This document shows positions 35,251 to 45,638 of a DNA stretch of 64,000 nucleotides, in pieces. This stretch comes from Vicugna vicugna. Lineage: Eukaryota. The notes under the pieces were generated by a model that had not been told where the DNA came from, did not search any database, and saw only the letters and a program-made list of their open reading frames with translations. The position numbers were made by a program, and so were the translations under genes. Positions within the stretch are counted from its first letter, which is position 1, and each line of letters begins with the position of its first letter. The stretch spans positions 1,302,001-1,366,000 of the forward strand of contig MU057781.1 in the NCBI GenBank assembly GCA_013265495.1. The letters run 5' to 3'.

Positions 35251-38200
35251 GGGACCCCCCATCCCCCACAGAGGGTTTCGCAGAGAGCCCCCCCCACCCC
35301 GGAAGATGCCCCAGCCTCCCCAGGCCCCAGGCCCTGGGCCAGGTCCTGGCAGCTGTTCTCACCAACCCCTACCGGCCTTTAACATTTTTGCCTGGAGGGA
35401 ACAGGACGCCAGAATGCCACATGGGACAGCAGCCGGTGGGCTGTCACTGCAGAAGTTGGCACTCTGCGAGGGTGGGCTCCCGATTACAAATGCTGGTGGA
35501 TGAGTGTGGAGGTGGGCTTCGGGGCAGGAGCAGAGCATGCCAGCGCCCTAGGAGGTCAGTGGAAGGCTCCGGGCAGCAGAGCCCAATCAGGCCAGACTGC
35601 TCAGCAGCGGGGGTGGGGGTAGGCCCCCCACGACTGAGGGCTGATTCTTGCTTCCTGAGGACAACAGTAGCCTTTGGTCAGGAGCCCAAGTCCTGGGGCT
35701 GCCCCTCAACCTCAAGAGCAGAGGGGCTGGGTCTCTGCCACCTGGGGCTTCCGGCCACTAACTGGGCCAAGTGCCCACGGAACCAGTTTGCCTGCGACTC
35801 CATCAGAGAAGCCGTCCCCACTGGCCTGGGCTTGTTCTTGCAGCTGAGGCAACCCTCCAGTGCCCCATAGGCTGTGGGATGGGGTCTAATGAATAAACTC
35901 CGTGGCCCTTAAGCAAGATGGTCTCCCCATCAGAGGTGGCCCCCAGAGGACGCAGCTGCTCCCAGGAAGACCCTCTGGTCTCCCAGGGCTGTGAGGTCTG
36001 CCCAGAGCACCCTCCACGCCCACCGTGGGCACAAGCCCCCATCTGTTGAGGAGTGCTGGCGCTGTGGGGCCATTAGCAGGGGCTGCGATGCTCCCCTCCA
36101 AGTGGCGAGACCCCCCACCTGCCCCTCTGGGCCAGGCCTCCAGCGAGGCAGCCCCGGCCAGGCCCTCCTGGGCCGGAGGGGCTTCGTAGCGCCAGCATGC
36201 CCCACCCCCACGTCCCTGCAGGGCCGGCTCTGAGGACGGAGGGGCTCATGCTCTAGGAGCGGTCCTTCCAGGCTACTGGCGGGGCCGCTGAGCCAGTGCC
36301 CCAGGGTTTCGTGTTGCTCCCCCCGCCCCCCCCCCAGTGGCCTGGATTTGGCGAGAAAGAAGCCTGCAGAGAGGAGAGGCAAGGAATTAAATAAACCTTT
36401 GGCTATCTCCATGGCTTTGATGGAGAAAGAAAGGGTGCTCCCAGCCCACAGCCTTCAAACGTTTCCCCAGAGGACGAATCTCTGAAGTATCTGTTGGAGG
36501 ACTCACCTCCCACCCAAGTCACCGTCCAAGGCAGACACAGAAAGTGGCTCCTCCCTCGGAGCCTCCCTGCATCTGCTGCCCCACGCTCGCGGGGCCTCCT
36601 CCATGCCTGGCACACCGAGTCAGCGATGGTGCCAGACAGACAGGACCGGCTGAGCCGGGATTTGGACACAGCCTCGGCCCCACGCCTGCCCTCCTGCCGT
36701 TCCCTGATGCCTTCTCCTGGGAGGAGTGTCCCCAGCGCCACTCTGGGTTGGAGCAGCCGGGGTCCCCATCATCCTGCGACCGAGGCCTCTGGGGAAAGCG
36801 CAGTAGCGTCCATAATGGGTTCAGGGGGCCCTTCAGACTTCTCACCCCCTCTCTGGAGAGAGGGGCTCTGCCTTGGTATGTTCTCGGCTTCCACCAGCGT
36901 CCTGTCCCTGGTCCAGCCTGTGCTCCCTGCACACTTGGTGTGCTTGACATTGACCGCTCTGAATCTCCACCAGGGACCGTGCCTGCCTGCTACAGTGTCG
37001 TGTAGTCAGGGTGCATCTGAAAAGCCTCTCTGTGTAGGGGGCGGGGGGGCTGTGCTGAAGGAGCCCCCGGAGGGAGCTTCCAGGGAGGGACGGTCCGAGC
37101 CACACAAGACACAGGAATGTGCCAGTTACAAAGCTAATTATCTCAACTGGCTGTACAGTGAGCTCAAGAAGTAGAACCCTGCAGACACCCCCGCCCCCGC
37201 AGGGGCCCCGGACCCTCCCTCCCCCGTTGCAACCCCAGAGAAAAATCCAAATTGCTGGTGAGCGTAATGAGATGTCCACTGTAACCAGGGAATTCAAAAC
37301 ACAGCCACCATGAACACCCCTCCACAAGCACCAGGTTGGCGAGAACCAGGGAGCTGGAGCGTGGCCCTAGCTGGAGGGGAGCGGGCAGCGGTAGCCCGCC
37401 CTGGCTGCTGGTGGGAGGCTGGGGCGGAGCAGCCTCTTTGGAAAAGTCTGGCACCGGATAGCGAAGTGCCAGCCACTTTATTCTGGGCACCTACCCAGAG
37501 ACAGGTGGCCCGTGGGCGGCGCCTGAGCATGAGGACTCTCTGGGCTAGAGACCCCCGGGGACATGGGGAGGTCTTGGAGGCTGCAGCCTAGCCGGGTCTC
37601 TGGCCACCTGCAGGCAGCTCCACTGCATTGGTACAAGCAGAGGCAGGGGGTGCGGGTCAGGCAGAGCTGCTGCGGGAGACGCAGGCACCAGGCCATCGCA
37701 GGTAGCGGTGCCACTGGCCTTTGGGGCTTTCAAGGGCAGACATCTCCCCGCCCCCAGACTCCACCGAGGGAAAGGAGGTTCTTACCTGTCCCAAGTCCAG
37801 CAGCACATCCCCAGCATCTCTGAGCCAGAAGCTGGGCTGGGCCTAAGGATTTGAAGGCAGAGGGGGCGCTCACAGCTGGGGGACCCCATGAATGGTGAGG
37901 GGGTCTGGACTGGATTTTGAAGAACCTTCTGGCCCTGCCCTTAGAGCTGGGTCTGTACCTGGGAGATGAAGACTCTGAAGGCTGGCCAGCAACAACCAGG
38001 TCAGACCAGGGGGCAGTGGCAGGCGGGAAGTCCCCCAGCCTCCAGCGGGCCCTGGGTCCCCGAGGTGGGGCTGGAACCAGGCATCTGGAGCAGCCTGGGC
38101 CAGCTTCTCGTGGCACACCACCCCCTCCGCAGCTTCTGCCTCGGGCCCTGAGGCCCCGCAGGCCTCCAGGCACAGTCCATCTGGGTGTGGATCGGGGCCT

Positions 38201-39977
38201 GCCTGGCGTGAGACTCGGGGCCGTGGGGCCCTTCCTGGGAAGAGCAGAGGCTGGCAGGATGCCCACGCAGCTCCGGTCCACTGGGGCTGGAACTCTGAGG
38301 GGCTGGTGGGCTGAGATCCTGAGCGGCCGACGTGTGCCTCCCCGTCTCTCTGTCCTTGTCTTCGGCCCATTAGCCAAGGCCTTTCAGCCCTCCCTCCTGC
38401 CCTACCTGGGCCGTGGATTCGGGCAGGGGAGGGTCATTCCCCCTGCCTGGGCCAGAGCAGGGGGTCCAGAGGGGTGGGTGGCAGGCCCCAGAGGGTGGTG
38501 ACCATGGGCCCAGGGTCTGGGATCCCTCATTATGTGGCAAGACCTCCCCTCGGTGAGTCAGGGGCCAGCAGCATCCCTCAGCTCTGTCCTGGAACCTGCT
38601 CCAGCTGAGTCCTGCCTTCCCATTGCAACGGTGGGGTTTCAGAGGGGCTGAGGCCATCCTGACTGAGTGGAGGATGCTCCCCCATGAATAAATACCCCCG
38701 TAGGTGCCCCCCATGAAGAAGTGTTGGCCTTTGGCTTCCCTCGGGGGTGTCCACCTCACTGGGGCATGTTTCCACTGGGCAGGGGCCGCAGGGCCTGGAC
38801 CTGAGCAGGAAGTCATGTTGGGGGCCCTGAGGTGCCCCGGGGGCAGACCTGACCTGCGCTCCCTTCTCTTGGCAGCACGTCCAGTCACAGCTGGGTGAGT
38901 GGGCGGGCAGGCTGGTCGGTGTGAGCCACAGCCAGCAGAGAGTCGGTGAGCCCCCGCAGCGCGACGGCTCAGACTCACCCTCCTCGGCAGCCGTGGGGCC
39001 CTCAGGCTGCTGCCTGATTCGTGTTTCATGTGTCTGCGTATGTGCGTGCACGTGCGTGTTGTGCGTGCGCGCGCACGTGTGTGGGTCCACAGCACCAAGG
39101 CGCGTCTCTAACCAGGCCCCCAGGCATCCCCGGGAGTGTACGGCTCTCCTGGGTCCTGTGGGGTCCTGGGTGGTGCAGAGAGGCCCCAGGTTCACCTAGA
39201 TCAGAAGCCCTTTTACTGGGGAACCTTGGGAACACAGCAGGGAGGTCTGGAAGTTTTGACTTCTGGGTTCTCCACCCTCTTGTCCTCCCCAGTCTAATCG
39301 TCTGCTCTGCCTTTTGTCTTGGTTTCTCCTTTTAAAAGCCCAGGCCACCTTCCCCACAAGGGCCAGTGAGGGGCTCTCTGCTCTCGGGGTCTCCCAGGCC
39401 TGTGGCCTTCTGTTCCCCAGCCTTCTCCCTTCACCCCACCCTGCCCCATGCAAAGAGCTGGGAGGGCCCCGGAGTGACATCCCTGAGCCCCTCCTTGAGC
39501 CAAGAGAAGGCAGCAGACGGTGGGATGCGCCAATTCACACGGGGAGACCCAGCCCTGGTCCCCTTCCTGCCACCCCGTGCCACACGCTGCCCGGCCAGAT
39601 GCACACACAGCCGCTCCTCATCCTGTCTCTTCCTTCCTTGCTGCAGACCTGGCATCTCTCTTGCTGTGATGGTGGGGATCCTGTGCAATGCAGGTGGGAG
39701 AAGTTCAAGGGCTAGAGGTGGGAGGCCCTCTTTAGGACCTGATAGCTTGGCTACACTTGAGAACCGCCCTGTGTGCTGGTGGGTGGAGCAGCTGAGCCTG
39801 GAGGCAGAAGTTAGATGGAGGACAGGAGATGGGGGACCACTCGTATGCATGACCCCCCAACGCACCCCCAGCCTGCACCCCCCCCACAGGCTGGATGTCC
39901 ACGCCCTCCCCTGACCCATCACGGGCCTCATCCAGGTCTCAGCTCCCAGCCAACCCCCACCAGGCAGGCAGTGTGTG

Positions 39978-39978
<1 letters not shown>

Positions 39979-40014
<36 letters not shown>
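39979..40014. repeat. (AC)18 microsatellite
   Basis: 36-bp perfect AC run, followed by a TG-rich tract at about 40070-40370. Confidence 0.97.
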
Positions 40015-40017
<3 letters not shown>

Positions 40018-40919
40018 ATGATCAGGCCGTCAAGCAGGAGACCAGAAGAGGGATGAGAGGTACAGGGTATCTGCTGTGTGAGGGTGCAGGGGTGTGTAGT
40101 GGTGTGTGTGAGCCCATGGGTCACGTGTGCTCGTTGGTGTGAGTATGCGTGTGTGACTTGCAAGCACGTGTGGGCATGTGTGTGGATGTGTGAGCTTGTG
40201 TGTGTCCGTGCATTGGTCAGTAAATAAACGGGTGAGAGTCATGTGCACGTGTGGGGAGGGCGTGCTGGTGTGCGTGCCCATGTGCGCATAGTGCCTGACG
40301 GAGTGTGCTGGCATGTTGTGTGTGGTGGTGGGTGTGCACGTGTGTGAGCACGAGTGTCGGTGACATGACACGAGTCAGATCTGGAGGTGGGGCCGCTGTG
40401 CGTAGTGTCCCGGGGCCGTCCTCTTCTAGAGCTGTTGTCCTCGCTCTCTGGCTGTGGTGTCGTCCTCTGACACGTCACGTGGTTGTCACAGGCCTTGTTG
40501 GCAGCTTCCGCGGGTCCCTCCATTTCTTTCACCTGCTACAACCTAAAAAGGTGCCGCTGAGCCCTGTGTGCTGAGCCCGTGAGCCTGGGACGCTGGAGCT
40601 GGGGCCGCGACGTCGGGGACAACGGCCCAGGTCCCGGCTCCAGGGCGAACACCTGCTCCAGCGGCAGCTGGCGTCTCACCCGATGCTCGGAGGCTCTGCC
40701 GTCCAGGGAGTCGTGGGATGACATTCTGTTGGGTGTTTTGGGTTTGGGGGGAGGTTTGAGACCTTGCCTGAAACTTCCCTCCTGACGTAAGATGAGACAA
40801 TGACCTGCTGCCCCACGTCTCCTGCTTCCCTGGAGTTAGTCTCCACATCGGGGCCTGTCCCAGACTGGCCACCCCTTGCAGGCGGCCCTTGGTGGCTCAG
40901 CCCAGGCCTGTCTCGGCAG

Positions 40920-41118
40920 GAGAACGTGTCCCTGGCCGACATCCTCTCCCTGCGGGACAGCGGCCTCAGCGAGCAGGAGGCCTGGGCCGTGTGCCTGGAG
41001 TGCAGTCTGTCCATGAGGAGTGTTGCGCACTCGGCCATCTTCCAGACGCTCTGCATCACGCCCGACACGCTGGCCTTCAACACCAGTGGGAACGTGTGCT
41101 TCATGGAGCAGCTCAGCG
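40920..41118 (+). CDS. KNDC1: KNDC1 exon 2 (199 nt), start of KIND1
   Basis: tctcggcag|GAGAAC...CTCAGCG|gtgagg; ENVSLADILSLRDSGLSEQEAWAVCLECSLSMRSVAHSAIFQTLCITPDTLAFNTSGNVCFMEQLS. Confidence 0.97.
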
Positions 41119-41366
41119 GTGAGGCCCGGGCGGGGCGGGCGGGCAGGTGCCTGGGGCTGAACGTGAGCGCTGACGCGGCCCAGTGGACGCCGCCCCTCCG
41201 TGGCCCCCTGCGACAGTATCTGAGCGCGGGTGACCACGGAGGGACCTCCAGACCCTCGCGGGGCTCAAGACCTGCGGGCGGGTGTTCGTGACCGCAGCCC
41301 TGGCACACGTGGCCCTGCACAGGGGCCTTCAGGCGGGATGATCTGGCGCCTTCTCTTCCTCCCCAG

Positions 41367-41425
41367 ACGACCCTGAGGGAGCCTTTGTCCCCCCGGAGTT
41401 CGATGTGACTGGGAACACCTTTGAG
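41367..41425 (+). CDS. KNDC1: KNDC1 exon 3 (59 nt)
   Basis: ttcctccccag|ACGACC...TTTGAG|gtgagt; (D)DPEGAFVPPEFDVTGNTFE. Confidence 0.96.
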
Positions 41426-42499
41426 GTGAGTGGCAGCAGGTGGGCCCCCCAGACGTCTCTCCCACTGGTCATCACCTGGTGTCAGCATGGCCATGGGGTC
41501 CACCCCAAAAGGGCCAGTGCCGCGGGGGACAGAGCTGGGGGCGTCCCGAGGAGGTAGGGTGGTGCCAGGGGCCCCGCCACGGCTGCCAGACGTGCTGTAT
41601 CTGGGTGCACGCTTTTCGTATAGTGCGTGGCATGTTTTCTCGGGTGTGAACTGACTACATTTTAAGATGCTAAAAGTGCCTAAAATTACCAGTGGTGGCT
41701 GGCGGGACTCGCGGCTTCTCTGAGGATCCGTGGGTGCAGCTCCCTCACCCTGCGGAGGGAGCAGCCTCTGAATCACTCACTAGTGTGAGCGGGGCCCACA
41801 CGGGCTCCCACATGCGGGCTGAAGTCGCCGAGGCCTCTCGGGGGGCACCCAGCAGGAAGGACCCCTGGGCGCCCCCGTGCACACCCTCAGGCCCCTGTGC
41901 GCCGCGGCGGCGGGCATCACAGCCCTGCAGGAAGGGCCGGGGGGCGTGGAGAAGGGGGCCGCCTCGCAGGCCCCGCCCACCTGTGCCCTGGTAACTTTCC
42001 GGAAAGAGCCTCGTGCTCCGCGGTAGCGTCTGGAACTTCCTTCCACACGGTTTCGCTAAGACTCATCTGCGCCGGGTGCTGTGTCATTCGTGGTGGGAAA
42101 CGCTGGCCTACGGGCGGCCGGGAGGGGAGACGGGGTGCTGCTCTGCGCGGCCTCCTCGCGTCAGTCCGTCTGTCCGGGGAGAGTTTCCCAGCGGCAGGAT
42201 GGCCACAGGGCAGGGTGGGTGATGCTCACCTGTTTTCTACGTGGTTGCTCTAGAGTGCACTGCCACCGGCACGTGGAGACACCCCTGCCTCCCCCTCCTC
42301 CGGGATCGGTTCTGCCGAGATTTCCTGGGTTTGCATTCCGGCCATCAGGAAGGTGGGCTTGCGGGTGACCAGGCGGGGATCCGTCCGTGGGAAAGTCCAT
42401 CGCTATTCGATGGTTGCGCTTTCTCCATGTGCTCCCAGCCCTGTGCCAGGGCTGCAGGTGTCTGTCCGCTCCGCAGCGTGGCTTCTCACTTCCTTTAGG

Positions 42500-42655
42500 G
42501 CAGCAGTTCTCAGACTTCTTGGTCTTGGGACCCTTTACACTCCTAAAAATAGTTAAGTACTTTTGAGTATGTGGGTTTTATCTATCCGGTACTTACTGTA
42601 TTACAGATTAAAATGGACAAATGGATAAAAAGTTTACCTATTAATTCATTTAAAA
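42500..42655. mobile_element. hAT-Charlie-like DNA transposon fragment
   Basis: cagttctcagacttcttggtcttgggaccctttacactcctaaaaat...tatgtgggttttatctat resembles a recalled hAT terminus; subfamily not assigned. Confidence 0.45.
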
Positions 42656-42659
42656 ATAA

Positions 42660-43085
42660 CAATCATGCTCCCCAGTGTTCATAGCAGCATTGTTTNNNNN
42701 NNNNNNNNNNNNNNNNNNNNNNNNNNNNNNNNNNNNNNNNNNNNNNNNNNNNNNNNNNNNNNNNNNNNNNNNNNNNNNNNNNNNNNNNNNNNNNNNNNNN
42801 NNNNNNNNNNNNNNNNNNNNNNNNNNNNNNNNNNNNNNNNNGCAGCATGGATGGACATGGAGAGCATTATGCCAAATGAAATAAGTCAGAGAAAGACAAA
42901 TACTGAAATACTGTATAGTATCACTTATATGTGAAACCTAAAAAATACAACCAGTTAGTGAGTGTAACAAAAAAGCAGCAGACTCACAGATGCAGAGGAC
43001 AAACCAGTGGTTACCATGGGGAGAGGGGCAATATGGGGGGTGGAGCTGGAGGTGCAAATGACTGGGTCTAAGACAGCCTCAGGGA
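42660..43085 (+). mobile_element. L1 3' end in sense orientation (contains an N gap)
   Basis: cagtgttcatagcagcattgttt[N]gcagcatggatggacatggagagcattatgccaaatgaaataagtcagagaaagacaaatact is typical L1 ORF2 end and 3' UTR. Confidence 0.8.
42696..42841. other. Assembly gap (146 N)
   Basis: Run of N. Confidence 0.99.
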
Positions 43086-43837
43086 CCCCATCCTTGTAAT
43101 CACATTTTCCTGCTTTTCATGGCAAGTCTACGGAAATGCAGTTCACTGCAACATCTTAATCTTACATCCAGCCATCTTACTAAACTATTTTATTATTTCT
43201 AGTAACTTATGAATTCTGCTAGTTTTTCAGTGTCACTCATCACATCACCAGCAAGAGGTAGCAGTGTCATTCCCGCCTGTCCAAAGCTTTGGCGCCAAGT
43301 TCCCCCTCTCAGCCCTGCTGTGTGTCAGGCAGGAGCAGCCGTGGGGCAGGGTCCAAGAGTGCTCCTGGAGTCTAAGGGGAGCCTTTCCCACCTCCCTCAT
43401 CGTATCTGCAGCTCTGTGAGTTCCCCGCTGTGCCAGGGTGATCACATCCTGTGGTGAAATGCTTCTGCCCCTCGTGGAATCCCATTAAGATTCTAACGTT
43501 TCCACAGGTGTCTCCTTTCCTGCTTGGAGAGACCTGAAAGGCGGTGTCTTAGCTTCTCTTCGCACTGCCGCACTCGATTTTCCAGTGCCTGCTCTGGGTC
43601 CTGTGTGTTCTCCACCAGTGGACTGGCAGTTCCCACCCTCCCTGGTGTTGCCACTAGGATGACTCTGGTCTTACGTAAACGCCCGCTTCCATTGCTGGGT
43701 GATGGTTTAGTGAGAAAGGGATGATCTGTTCCTTGAAAGCCTGGTCAAACTTACAAACCCATCTGCTTCCTTTGAGAAAAGATTTTTAATTGCTACTCTA
43801 TTTTTAATAATGGAAGGATTCATCTGTTTTGCCTTCA

Positions 43838-44530
43838 TTTTTTTCTTTTTTTATTGAAGTATAGTCAGTGACAATGTTGTGTCAATTTTTGATGCACAAC
43901 ATAATTTTTCAGTCATACATACACATATATATGTTCCTTTTCGTGTTCTTTTTCATTACAGGTGACTACGAGGTGTCAAATACAGTTCCCTGTGCTGTAC
44001 ATAGGACCTTGTTATTTATCTGCTTTACATAAAGTAGTCAGTATCTGCAAATCTGAAACTCCCAATTTATCCCTTCCCGCCCCCTTTCCCCACTGGTAAC
44101 CATAACTTTGTTTTCTATGTCTGTGAGTCTCTTTCTGTTTTGTAAATAAATTTGTGTCTTTTTTTCAGATTCCACATATAAGCGATATCATGTGATATTT
44201 GGCTTTCTCTGTCAGACTTGCTTTACTCAGTATGACGATCTCTAGGTNNNNNNNNNNNNNNNNNNNNNNNNNNNNNNNNNNNNNNNNNNNNNNNNNNNNN
44301 NNNNNNNNNNNNNNNNNNNNNNNNNNNNNNNNNNNNNNNNNNNNNNNNNNNNNNNNNNNNNNNNNNNNNNNNNNNNNNNNNNNNNNNNNNNNNNNNNNNN
44401 NNNNNNNNNNNNNNNCTTTTCAAATTATCGAGCTCCCTCCAGATACATGCTCAGGAGTAGGATTGCTGGATCATATGGTAACTCTGTTTTCAGTTTTTGA
44501 AGGACTCTCCATACTGTTTTCCATATAGGA
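43838..44530 (-). mobile_element. Younger L1 3' end, antisense (contains an N gap)
   Basis: ttttttattgaagtatagtcag...cagattccacatataagcgatatcatgtgatatttg...gagtaggattgctggatcatatggtaactc. Confidence 0.85.
44248..44415. other. Assembly gap (168 N)
   Basis: Run of N. Confidence 0.99.
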
Positions 44531-44719
44531 TACACCATGTTTCTTATTGAGTCAGCTTTTTGGTAAACTATATATTTCTAAAAATGTATCCACTTTTACC
44601 TGTGTGTTTAAAGTCGCAGGTGACGTCCCTCTCAGTCACTGCGTTGCCGCAGATGTGCCCCAGGCCACTCCGTGGATGATTTATTTGTACCTTCTCTTGC
44701 CAGCCTTCCCGGGGGGGTG

Positions 44720-45110
44720 TATATTTTGTTAGTTTTGAAGACAGAAATACCCAACAACCACCCGTAATAGGAAAAAAAAGTGTTATTTGGGCCAAATGAG
44801 GACTGCAGCCCGGGAGACACAGACTCAGAAAGCACTTGAGTCCAGTTCTCCAGACATCAAGATGGGGCTTGAAAAGGCAAAAGCCACAGAGCTACGTGCG
44901 TTGTCTGTCAGGACTGAGGACTGGCGCTGGCAGGAAGGAAGGTGCTTGTGAGGCGAGGACTGGTTGGGGTCCCAAGGGGTTGCCCAGTTACAGGGGGGAC
45001 CTTGAGACCATGAGGCTGCAGGTGGCAGCTGCTGGTGGTGCTGTTTTGAGAACGGCTGGTTTGGTGCAGTTCAGAAAATCAAGTTCTCGGTGATGCGGGA
45101 ACGTGTCTAA
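44720..45110. mobile_element. Probable ERV1-class solo LTR
   Basis: ttatttgggccaaatgaggactgcagcccgggagacacagactcag resembles ERV1 LTR sequence as recalled; edges uncertain. Confidence 0.4.
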
Positions 45111-45638
45111 AGCCACATCCACGAGGTCCACCCAGCTCCACAGCTCCCACCGCCTGAAACCCAGTGACTCCGCTCTGACCCTCCAGTGCCTCCTCTCCTT
45201 GGTGGCTGGAGCAGCTGTGCGGCGTGTGGCAGGCAGGACGCGGCAGGCTGCTCTCGGGCACGGACGCCTCAGGGCAGACCCTGCGTCGGCCAGCGAGACC
45301 CCCCCCCACGCCTCAGGACGCGGTCGTCTCCCCGTCGCCTGCTCGCATCACGTGGTGCTTCCTGGTCTGTCTCTGTCCCCTTCCGTGGCTCTGCTCCTCT
45401 GTTCCAGCCTCTTTCTTCTTGTGCCTGTTCTTGGTGAGTTCTCCCAACTCCAGCTCATCAGCCCCACCCTCTTCTTCTTCTCTAATATGTGTGTGAACAC
45501 CTGAAGCCCAGAATTTCCCTCGAAACACGAGTTTCGCATGCAGCATTTGCAGTGCCTTTCTCTTCTAAGTGTTTCTTTACTTCTGCTGGGATTTCTTCTG
45601 AAAGAACGCGTTGGGGGCTTCCTCTTCGTCCTGAGATG

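Larger units (their letters stand above)
43130..45630 (-). mobile_element. Old antisense L1 ORF2 backbone, surviving as pieces at about 43130-43830, 44530-44700 and 45390-45630 and interrupted by younger inserts
   Basis: ttacatccagccatcttactaaac; cctggtcaaacttacaaacccatct; ttgagtcagctttttggtaaac; gaatttccctcgaaacacgagtttcgc are successive antisense ORF2-like segments. Confidence 0.5.

Noticed and set aside
40676-41776. 366-aa minus-strand ORF across KNDC1 exons 2-3
   Set aside because: Antisense shadow of coding exons plus GC-rich intron; no independent motif.
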